DNA from: Podarcis pityusensis
Lineage: Eukaryota
Reading direction: 5' to 3' (one strand)
DNA: 64,000 bases
Assembly: GCA_964106645.2 (NCBI GenBank)
Contig: OZ067047.1
Numbering within the stretch: position 1 is the stretch's first letter; each line of letters begins with the position of its first letter. The notes below the pieces were generated by a model, which saw nothing but the letters and a program-made list of their open reading frames with translations, made no database searches and was not told where the DNA came from. The position numbers and the translations under genes were made by a program. Positions 13,511 to 23,935 of the stretch are shown here, piece after piece.

Positions 13511-13884
13511 TTATTATTATTTACCCTTCATAGCTCTGGTGCAAATACCTACGAAAATGGACAAAAATATGAATAAGCTTTGATTGGTCATCTTTTTCAT
13601 AGTAAGGGTAGTTAATGATTCACTCAGTGCTCTGTTTAGAGTTGAAAAGGGGATTCTCATCCATGTTAATAAGTGAGAAACGAGGGAAGAAGTGATAGCA
13701 GTTCCGTATTTATTAACCCAAACTATGGTTACCAGATTTTTTAAAATTAATCTGGGGACCCTTTTTTTTTTGAAGCTGAGTAGCAACAGGGAGTCAGTAG
13801 TGGGGATGGTGAAGCAAAAGACCATGGGCCCAAGCACACATGCATATTGTATAAAGGTGTAAAGCCCTTCTTTTGCACCCTGTG

Positions 13885-14314
13885 AAACATAAATGCGCAG
13901 AGACTGGGCAACGGCGTTCCTCGTGCCCGTGACTCCGGAGCCTACCCTGATCTCCTTCCCCCTTCCCCCTTTGTTTTGACAGATCAGGGGAGGCTTGGGA
14001 GTCATGGGCGGGCGGCTGTTGCCAGGAGGTGCCAGCCTGGTAGTGCAGTTGGCTCTGGCTGGCTTCAGGAGCTGCTCGCTGTCGTGGTGCAGGAAAAATG
14101 GCGGGTGCCACGGCAGTGAGCAGCGAGCAGTTCCTGAAGCCAGCCAGAGCCAACTGCACTAAGAGACTGGCTCCAGGCTGCTGTGGCTGCCGCTGCCACG
14201 CTTCCCAGGGACGGATTTGCAAATCTGGGGATATTATGACGACGGATTTTGTTCGGGGACAGATTTGCAAATCCGGGGACTGTCCCCAAGAACCGCGGAT
14301 GTCTGGCAACCCTA
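13885..14314. mobile_element. GC/CpG-rich fragment of a hAT-like element with one TIR
   Basis: Ends in TCTGGCAACCCTA (reverse complement TAGGGTTGCCAGA, same TIR type as 15328 and 56267); subterminal repeats GGGACrGATTTGCAAATC; left boundary approximate. Confidence 0.6.
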
Positions 14315-14794
14315 ATCCAAACCAATGAGCATAAACATATATATGCATGCAACAGACTGAGGTGGGAGAGAAGACTTGTATACCATTTTTGAATGCTCCC
14401 CTAGGTTTAAAAAATACAGCAACAACAATTGAACTCTAGTAGGAAGAAATGCAGCATAGCAAAGAAAGGGGTTCTTCTTCAGTTTTCTCCTTGGAGGTGG
14501 TTGCTCTGACCAACAGTCTCCTCACTGGGCGACATGTGTGAATTAAGCCTACACCTCTTATGTTGTATTACTTGTCAATATAAGGTAGACATTTTCCAGA
14601 AACAAAGCAGAAATTCCCTCTTATTAGTTCTTTTCAAACCCTGCTTTTTAATAACAGTTTTCATGGTCAAATCTCTTATTAGGAGAATCAACCAGAATCA
14701 AATTTGGCTCATTGATGGAAACAAATACAATACTTTCACAGTCCGGATCAATGCTCATAATGCTCTTTTCCCCCTGTTAATTTTTGTTCCCCAG

Positions 14795-14990
14795 TTCCCA
14801 GTGTAAATGGCGTAGAGGAACCCAGCATTGCAAAGAGACTGCGTGGCACACCAGAGCGGATTGAACTGGAGAATTATCGTCTCTCGGTACAACGGGAAGA
14901 GGAGTTGGAAGAAGTCCCTGAGGAGACCTTGGCAGAGCACAACCTGAGCAGTGTGCTAGACAAAGGAACAGAAGAGGATGTACCCAGCAG
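14795..14990 (+). CDS. MICAL3: MICAL3 coding exon (PSVNGVEEPSIAKRLRGTPERIELENYRLSV...EEDVPS), phase 1 to 2
   Basis: Acceptor tttttgttccccag, donor AG|gttatt; 196 nt, open; not in the ORF track because it has no ATG. Confidence 0.93.
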
Positions 14991-15327
14991 GTTATTTTTC
15001 TTTTTTAAAAAGCCTTAATTTATTTAAAATATGACTTGGCTGCCTTTCTAAAGAATGCCTGTTCAAGGTGGCTTGAAAGAGTAGAAGTTTAAAAAAATGT
15101 CAATAATACAAAAAGGCTCAGAGTTTCCCCCTTAAAAACCAATAAGGCTTGTATCAAATGCAGTACAACGCTGAATAAGGATTCTCACATGCGCAACAGG
15201 ACTTTCTCCCCTCTCCTCCACCTGCATCTGCCGTATGCCCTCTCCAAATCTACTCTGGAGGGTTGGGGGACCCCCCAGAACAAATTTATGGGGTGCAGAG
15301 GAGAGAAGGGAGGAAGTCTCATTGTGC

Positions 15328-15568
15328 TAGGGTTGCCGTATTTCAAAAAGTGGAAATCTGGACACAAAAGTTGTTGAGCTTTTTCTTTTCCTTTTTTGCC
15401 AAAGTTTCTGAGCAACATTTAATGAAATTTGGAAAAATCTCCACTTCCAACATGGGCTGCCATATGTCCAGATTTTCACAGACGTTTCAGCGATTTTCTG
15501 CCCAAATGCTGTTTAAGAGAGCCGAATACCGGCTGTGTCTGGGAAATTCTGGAGGTATGGCAGCCCTA
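15328..15568. mobile_element. Non-autonomous hAT element (TAGGGTTGCC TIR type), 241 bp
   Basis: TIRs TAGGGTTGCCGTA / TATGGCAGCCCTA; 8-bp TSD CATTGTGC / CGTTGTGC (7 of 8 match). Confidence 0.85.
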
Positions 15569-17462
15569 CGTTGTGCAAGCAGGAATTCTTGTGCTTATGG
15601 GGCACTTAGCACTACATTAGACAGAAGCCAAAACATTCTCAGCCAGCTAGTTAAAATACATTTCACAGTTCTAACAACCACAAGCCAAGCCAAAAAGCAC
15701 TAAGCAGGAATAGACCAGTCAGAGAACAGATGACTTTCAAACCTTTTGAAAAGCTTGAAGTAAAACTTGCAGTAATACAAAGTGCAATGAAACAGAACAA
15801 AAAAAGGAAGAAGTTACTATTGAAATATCAACCATATCCATGCAAAATAATCAGATAAGACAAATTGCATCATAAGCCAGTTTGCAAGCCAAAGTGTGCT
15901 TGAAGGTGCCTAGTCCTGAGAGATGTGACTGGCTGGGCCTTGTTCTCTCCCCCTCCATCCACTGTGAGTGGAAAAGGAACTTGGGGAATATGATTTTTAG
16001 CTGAAGGGAAACTTTAGTTTATCATTTTTAAAGGCATTTACAGGTCATCTTTCTGGACAAAGTCCTCTCAAGGTGGAAAGGGGTTAAGCAGCTTCACCTC
16101 ACTTTTCTTCCACTTGAACGCAGCTTGCACTAGGATCCTTTCTGCTTTAAAAGAAATATTTTAGAAGAAAGAACCTGAATTCCACTTTTTTTTGTAATCT
16201 GAGCATGTGTTCTGCACTTTGACAGGGAGTTGCATACTATTTTTAAGTGTCAGTAAACATAAAACTGATTTTTTTTCTTCTTCCAACAAAGCAAAGCCAA
16301 CATTCCTCCTTGAGGGCCTAGCTATCTGTCAGGCAATGTACTGAAATAAAAAGCTGTTTTTAAAAAATAATTCTTAACACAAATGTTTGGAAAAACACAT
16401 TCTTAGGAGTTGAGAAAATCACAACGAACATTTCTTTGTCTAGATAAAATTCCCAAAAGGATTATGCATTTCTGAAGTTTGCCCATAATTTCACTTAACA
16501 GCCTGGTTTTAAAAAGTCGTGAAAAACCTGTTCCCACGTCTTTTGTGAAATGGCTAAGCAACAAATGGAAGGTTTCACAGTTTGTGTGAATAAAGACAGA
16601 ATCCCACTGCTATTCTTAATTGCAACAAAAGTAACAATATTTTTGCCAGGGAACAAACAAAAGAATAATGAGATAAATTTAGTGTATACTTTTGCTGCTA
16701 CAATTCTAAGTGAAATGAGTTGGAGATATGTACCTCCTAATCTTTTCAAATATTTTTTGGAGAATTTCCTGCTGGATTTTGTCCAATAAAAATGGATAGG
16801 GGGAAAGGGTAAAACATATGACAAAGAAAAGAAGGGTGAATTCCTGTTGATTTAGCCTCCAGGAGAGGAGGAGCTTGCTTTTCTAAGAGGAATATGTAAC
16901 AGGCCTATAAAGATTAAATGTTGTTTTCTTCTTCTAATGGGATAATTCCTTAGTAAGGCGTGTGCTGAAATGAAAGAGGCTGTCATTCCATTGACGCTGG
17001 TTGTGTCTGAGTGGGGGGGGGGGACTAATTACCTTCCTCTCATGACTGGCTCTTTTTGACTTCTTGGAATAAGGGACCACAGAGACCTCAAACTGGCTGC
17101 AAACTAGGAGTGGGGAATATGACCTCTTGACAATTGACACGTAGGTTGTGTTTCAGTGCTAAATTCTGATTCAATTCTGTTTTGAATGACCCCAATCTGT
17201 CATAGTCAAGAGCAGGGGTGGGGAACATGTGGCAATGGTTGTGGAAAAGTGGCCTCGTGGACTCGCTAGCAGGCCAAGATTGGTCTATGGGCTGAAAGTT
17301 GCCCACTCCTTGGATAGATGGACAAATATTCTGACCTGGTTTGAGGCAGTTTGTTTTGTTTTGTTGGCTATGGTTATTTTAAAACAATCATCTGCTTGTA
17401 CACACAGGGGGGGAAACCCTGCTGAAGTATCATCTACTAACTTTCCTGATTTTCCTCTGCAG

Positions 17463-17701
17463 TAGTTCAGAATCTGAGATGGAAGAAGAGGAGGAGGAGG
17501 AAGAAGAAGAACAGCCACAGCAGCCCACTTCTGACCTGGGTGGTGTGCCTTGGAAAGAGGCTGTGCGGATACATGCCATGCTGAAGGGCAAGAGTGAGGA
17601 AGAGCTGGACACAGAGAAGAATCATGACAATGAAGCAGAGGAGGAAGAGGAAGAAGAAGAGGAGGAGGAGGGGGAAGAAGAGGAAGAAGTCTCTAGTGAA
17701 G
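17463..17701 (+). CDS. MICAL3: MICAL3 coding exon, acidic poly-Glu (SSESEMEEEE...DLGGVPWKEAVRIHAMLKGKSEEEL...VSSE), phase 2 to 1
   Basis: Acceptor tttcctctgcag, donor G|gttagt; 239 nt; overlaps ORF 17479..17706. Confidence 0.94.
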
Positions 17702-18134
17702 GTTAGTAGATAGTTTCAATTGCTTCTCATGATATGGATTCAGATATGTATATTAATTTTATTTTTTCAAGGCTATTCAATTTATATCTTGCCATTGATC
17801 TTGAAGGAGCCCAGGCTGGCATATTGATCACAGATTGCCATCATACAGAATAGATAATCAAATATAAAGTGCATCTCCCATTTCTTTTGGAAAACTTGGA
17901 AGTCAGTGCAAAGACTAGAAACCTGCTGGAGACTCATGTTTACGGACTACTGGGAAGTCCCATGAAAAAGCTTTAGAAGAAGTATTTGGGCCCAAGGTGG
18001 TGGTCTTCATCAAGTTGGCAGTTATTAAAATTGTATTTTCTCTAACCTATCTTGCTCTCTCGCTCTCTCTGGTTTTCATCTCTGTAACACTGTTCCAGGT
18101 TTTCATTTTTCAGTCTGCAAATTTACGTCTGAGA

Positions 18135-19098
18135 ATCAACATAGAATTGGAAGGAACCCCAAGGGTCATCCGGCCCAACCCCCAGCAATGCAGGAGTTTC
18201 AGCTAGATCATACATGACAGATTGCCATCCAACCTCTGTTTAAACACCTCCAAGGAATAACAGTCCACCACCTCTTGTGAGAGTCTATTCCACTGTCAAA
18301 CAGCTCTTAACTGTCAGAAAGATCTTCCTGATGTTTAGTCAAAATCTCCTTTCTTGTAACTTGAATCCATTGGTTCAGGTCCTATCCTCCTGAGGAGAAG
18401 AAAACAAGCTTGCTCCATCCTCCATGTGACAGCCCTTTAGATATTTGAAGATGGTTATCATATCTCCTTTCAGTCTCTCTTTAGTAAGCTGAACATACCA
18501 CATGTCCTCAATCATTCCTTATAAGGCTTGGTTTCCAGACCCTTGATCACCTTAGTCACCATTTTCTGCACACGTTCCAACTTGTCAATATCCTTCTTAA
18601 ATTGTGGTGCCTAGAACTGGGCGCAGTATTTCAGGTGTGGTCTGACCAAAGCAGGACTAGTGACTTCCCTTGATCGGGACACTGTGCTTCTGTTGATGAA
18701 GCCTAGAATAGAAGTAGCTTTCTTCCTTTTTTGCTGCTGCATGTTGACTCCTCTGAAACTTGTGGTCTACTAAAACCCCTAGATCCTTTTCACATGTACT
18801 ATTTGCAGTCCAGGTGTCACCCATCTTACATTTGTGCACCTGGATCTTCCTGCCCAGGTGTAGAACTTTACATTTGTCCCTACTGAAATTCATTTTGTTA
18901 GTTATGGCCCAGGTCTGCAATCTGTTGAGGTCATCTGGAATCCCCATTCTGCCTTCTGCAGCATTGGCTGCCCCTCACAGTTTGGTGTCATCTGCAAATT
19001 GGATGAGTATCTCCTCCATACCTACATCCAAGTCATTCATAAAGATATTGAACAACACTGGGCCCAAGACAGAACCTTGCAGCATCCCAGTTGTCACA
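18135..19098 (-). mobile_element. CR1 LINE, about 1 kb 5'-truncated copy with degenerate reverse transcriptase
   Basis: Minus strand reads [17 protein letters not shown] and MNFSRDKCKVLHLG (ORF 18657..18947); CR1 3' end near 18135. Confidence 0.93.
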
Positions 19099-19179
19099 TG
19101 TTGCATTCAGGCTTAAAACAGAGTTATAATTTGAGGAGCCGGTTCAACAGGCAGGTACTCCTCCATAACAAAAGGCTTG

Positions 19180-19365
19180 GGGAAAGAGCCAAAGCTTAAT
19201 TGTACAATGCACGTTTTGCATTCAAAAACACTCTGGGCTCAATCCCCGGCAGTTTTGGGTAGGGCTTGGTGAGACCTGACTAAAACCCTGGAGAGCTACC
19301 ATCAGACAATGTAGGCTATACTGAGCTAGATGGATAAATGCTTTATAGGTAGCTTTTTATGATCC
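19180..19365 (+). mobile_element. tRNA-derived SINE (Squam3-like), degenerate
   Basis: B-box-like gggctcaatcccc; tail atactgagctagatgga complementary to the minus-strand copies. Confidence 0.5.
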
Positions 19366-20886
19366 CACATGATGGCAGCTGCGTGAGATCAAAGGTCCAT
19401 TGCCAGGGTTAGGGAAGTAATGAAAGATTGATTTGCCTGCAGGCCAAGGAAGTAGTTCAGTAGCAGGGTGAAGAGGCAAGTCAGGGCTGGAACTGTGATT
19501 CAGTAAATAGGTTAAGTGAAAAGTTTGGCATGTTTCTGTGGCTGTTGATGATGAAATGTTCAGAGGCTGTATTTATTTGGCTTGGATTTGTTTGCATAGG
19601 TTTAGAGTCTATCACAGCTCAGAACTAGGAGCCAGCAGCAAAGGCCTGTGAACAGCAGAAAGGTTGGACAAAGCTTTGCTTCCAGACCAGAAGGACCCCT
19701 GCTTTTAGTTATATAGGGGTCTGCACTTGGATCAGAAATTGGATTTTTTTTCTTCTTCTCAGCTCCTTTATGACTGCTTAAGACATGGATTAATTGGGGG
19801 TGGAAAACCACATGTCTGAACTAAGGTAGTTGGGAAATCAAGAGTGAGTCACAAAAAGTGTTATGTGTAGATATTCATGCTTGCATCTAATGGGAGCAGT
19901 TCTGCATTAACTGCTTAAGGGAATATCAGTTACAGATCAGAACAGGCAGGTGTCTCAGTTATTGAAAGGTTTGGGAACCATAAATCTGCATAATATTCAG
20001 TCTTCAGGGATTTCTAGGGTGTTGGCATTTTAAATTACTTTTGAGGATTGTTTGTGGAGATAGAAAGCCTTGCTGCTCAAGTCACTTTTTTGTTGTGGTG
20101 GCTGGTACCTGATCAGTTTCATCAGACATATATCTTGGGGGAGGGGGGCTCTTCCAAATGAGGAGTTCAGCTTTCAAAATGGGCCTCGTTTGCCAGAGAA
20201 CTCGCACATCTCTTGCAGCACCTGTTTAAGAACAAAGTGCCTTTTCAGTAAAGGCCATTGATGGGTTAAAGACAACAGAGATCAAGGCAGCTTCAATTGT
20301 GCTATGAAACAGACCAAGGAACTTGCTGTTGGAGCTATCACTACAAAATATTTCTGTACCTGAATATTGTAAAGTTGCATCTTGGAGACAGATAATCTGG
20401 CACCTTCTGCTTCAAACAGGTTTACAAACGTGAAGTTCTCAGAATTCCTTTACCACCAGCTCACTTAAATTTGTACATCAGAAAGAAATTTAGTTGATGA
20501 ATGCCTTGGAACAGAAGATCACTTCTTCTTTTTTCTAAACAGATATTGCTTTTTGGCAAGGAAATTACTTGTAACCCTATATACAGCTGTGATTAATTTA
20601 TATATACCTGTCATGAAGAAGGAAAGAGTTTTTTGCAACAGGCACACACAACAAACTAAACAGGTGTTCATCATATGGGGTGGTGTTCCTACACATTGCA
20701 TTTAATTCTGTACACGTAAGTGAAATCTGTGTAAGGTTTCTTATAGGTGAAGCAGTCCTGAACCTTTCTGGATTTCCCTAAAACATCGCTGTGTTCTTTC
20801 TGATTCTCTGTCCTTCTCTTTTTCTTTGTTCTGCTCTAATTTCTGTATCAATGCTATTTGTTGATGTGTGACTCCCCCTGCTGTAG

Positions 20887-20976
20887 AGGGAGAGTATTAC
20901 CCTTGGGAGAGAGAACTTCAGCAAGGCCTCTGGCTTCAACGTCTTTCAAATGAAGAGGACACGGGTACATTTAAAG
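20887..20976 (+). CDS. MICAL3: Probable MICAL3 cassette exon EGEYYPWERELQQGLWLQRLSNEEDTGTFK, phase 1 to 1
   Basis: About 130 nt AG-free pyrimidine-rich run ending ctgctgtag; donor AAG|gtaccc; 90 nt, no stop in the required phase. Confidence 0.72.
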
Positions 20977-22441
20977 GTACCCTCACATTGTCATCACCTC
21001 CCCTAAAGGGGGGTGGCATTTTACAAAGAGCAGGCTTCACATGAAGCAACATATTTTTTAAAAGTTGTTTCACCAAATTAGTTGTAATTTCAGAATTACT
21101 GTTAACTTCCAGATAAGGAGCGAACAAAACCTGTAAATTTACAGCTCAAATTCTGTTTGTTTGCTTTCTTGCATTAAATACAACATCTGTGTGTCTGATT
21201 AAAGACTTCTGTGATCAAAGAGAGGATGCCTCTGCCCATCTTCTGTTCCTATTTCTGTTTTGATTCTCTGGGAAGAGAGGTCAAGCCTGTGAAAGGTGCT
21301 GAGATGCCTACTTTATCTCATGAACCATATTCCTTTTGTTCCTTTTTTGCAGAATACATGATACACTGAAACATAAAACTTCAGTGCTTTATATGCAGTT
21401 TCAGTTATTATTGTACAAATCAGATAAAGGACACAGGAGTAATGACTGTTAACAAGGCCAATTAGCTGCCCTCAGATAAACATCTGTATCTCTCTCACAC
21501 ACACACACAAATTCCCATCGGAGAAATGTTCATTTAAGGTCTCTTAACTGGCCAAGTGAAATTGGGAATGGTGAAATGCATTCAGAATAAGAAGGTACAG
21601 TTTGGGATGATAGGGTGAGGCCTGCTCTTTGGAAGCCTTGCTAGGTTTCTATAAATTTCCCTTCTACTCTCAATTCTTGCTGGTTGAAACTCACCCTTCT
21701 AACTCCTAATGCTGTGTGATGTGGTATAAACACTAACTCTACTTACCCAAGGACTTGCATCAAGGGGACTTGACAGCACGAGGTGCCATGTGGCGACCAG
21801 GATTCATCACTCACATCTGAATAGCATTTTTCCTTCCACAGTTCAGTTTTATCACTCAATTTGTGTCAAATTAGAAAGGTATTAATTAAAAATAGGACAG
21901 TCATGTTACTTTTTGAAATGCTTTTGTGTAGAAAAGAAGGGGAACACAGAAGTCACTTTTTGTATTTAAATCATTCTGTAATGTCATCTTCCTGGGTTTT
22001 CTTAGTATTAAGCAAAGAATGCTAAAAAGTACAGGTTTGTGTACTTTTTCTGTGCACATGGATATCCAGTTACTAGCAGAATGTGACTTTTTCCTATAAT
22101 AATACTTAAAAGGAAAACTTAGAGATGGTGAATTCTTGATTAATAATATGCATCATTGAACCATTTTTGGCATGGAGTGGAATTTCCAAACTGCAATCCT
22201 GTCTGTGCATGTGTGGGAGAGGGCGAGTGAGTCTGGAGGGGAGCATATGCATGCATGATGCTGAATTTTACCTGTCTTCTTTTGCCAGCTGATCTCAGCA
22301 AGTAACTTCTTTCATTTTTCCCTCCCTTTCCCTGCATTTCTTTCCTATTGTGTGTGCTCCTTTTCCTTCCCTCTCTTTTTCCTCCCTTTTATCCCTTGCC
22401 ACTCCATCAACATGATCCACCATTGGCCTCTTGTCTGCTAG

Positions 22442-22579
22442 CTGGAAACCTGAGGCTGCAGCAGATAGTAAATCCGATTGATCCACTGGAGATCTTGGCA
22501 GATGTGCATTGGACACACATCCGTCAGAAAGAGGAGGAGGAAAAACTGGGCCCTACTTCTAAGTCCTCCACCTCCAGAG
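22442..22579 (+). CDS. MICAL3: MICAL3 coding exon AGNLRLQQIVNPIDPLEILADVHWTHIRQKEEEEKLGPTSKSSTSR, phase 1 to 1
   Basis: Acceptor tctgctag, donor AG|gtaaac; 138 nt; resembles the human DPLEIQADVHWTHIRE segment as recalled. Confidence 0.92.
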
Positions 22580-23843
22580 GTAAACGTGTCTGCTGCGTTG
22601 ACCCCTTCCATCACAAGGACATTTGTTCCCTATTGATTGTATCTCCAGGAAGGCCAACTCTCGAATGTCTTAATGTCACTTTTAGCAATGTTCATTTCAG
22701 GTTGGTCTCCATTGGTTGTTGCTTACAAAGGCCATCAAAAGGGAATCTTCCAGGCTTGCATCCCTGGTTACATTTGCGTTCTGATGCTCTCCTACTTATA
22801 AGGATCTAATTGTAGCAGGAGAAAGATCTGAATACAGGACTTGATAGACCCTTGGCATGGTTTAGCAGGAAGTCTTAGCGGAATTTTATTTAACTCTGAA
22901 AACAAATTGTTATTCTTTGTGTCCACGACTTAGAGCTGTGTGGACCCCAAATTTTGTCTAAAAGCAGGAAGTGCCAATTTTCTTAAGATAGTACAATGTT
23001 CTCCTGATTAAATTTGGCAGCTCCTTTTGTGAGAATACAGTTGGTATCTGATACGGTTTTGCTTAACATTAGGTAGGAAGGAGAAGATTTAAGTAACCCT
23101 ACTAGGTGCTAAGTGCCCTACTAGGCTCCAGGTACAGAGGAGGATATGAGAGCAGGAATTGTCTTGGTTTCCTCTTTCAACCAGCTTCAATATGAGCAGA
23201 AGTGTCTTAATCTTAAAGTGGACGGAATATAACAAAGGTGATCCCACCCTTGCTGAGGCTGAGTGGAAGAGAGGCTCATGGCACTTCCTGCTGTGTCTTA
23301 CTTTCCCCTGTGCTTAACAAGGATATCATAGCCAGAGATGGTCCTCTCTCTGAGAAGCTTGTTCAAGGAAGTTTTGGCACCTAGGCTTAGGAAGTGGCTT
23401 TTAACGAGCCTGAAAATATGCCATGGAATGGTGAAAAAGTATGAGAACAGGATTGCAATGATTGATGTCTGCTAGTATGCCTATGTGGGGTATAGTGGAA
23501 GGCAGTCCTTTGAGCAGGCCTGTAAGTGTTCTGGGCTTCCTAAAGCAGATAGAAGCAGTTCTATACTAGTGAGAGCTTGTGGTGACGGCTAATGCAAGAC
23601 AGAAATGTGAAAGCAAGTAAGTCCCTAAATATCAGGAGCAGAGAGGTGTAGAAAGTTACATAGAAAGGCCAATCTATTTTTTAAAAACCTCAGTACTGTG
23701 GAGACCTCAGTTGGAATTTGGGATCCAGAGTAGAATAACAAGAACAGTGAATGACCTAGAAGCCAAATTATGTCTGGAGAATCTGAAAGAGTTGAGTATA
23801 TTCATTGTGAAGAGGAAAGTTTTACTTTTGCATAACTACTGCG

Positions 23844-23935
23844 GGAGGCAGTGGAAGACAGAAGTGTCTGGTGTGCTCTGGTCCATGGGGTCACGAAGAG
23901 TCGGACACAACTAAATGACTAAACAACAACAACAA
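23844..23935 (+). mobile_element. RTE-BovB-type 3' end, extremely 5'-truncated
   Basis: gtccatggggtcacgaagagtcggacacaact plus (CAA)n tail; 13-bp TSD CATAACTACTGCG / CATATCTACTGCG. Confidence 0.85.

Noticed and set aside
13517-14352. Overlapping 162, 184 and 95 aa minus-strand ORFs
   Set aside because: They span a GC-rich transposon fragment that is poor in stop codons; no recognisable protein.
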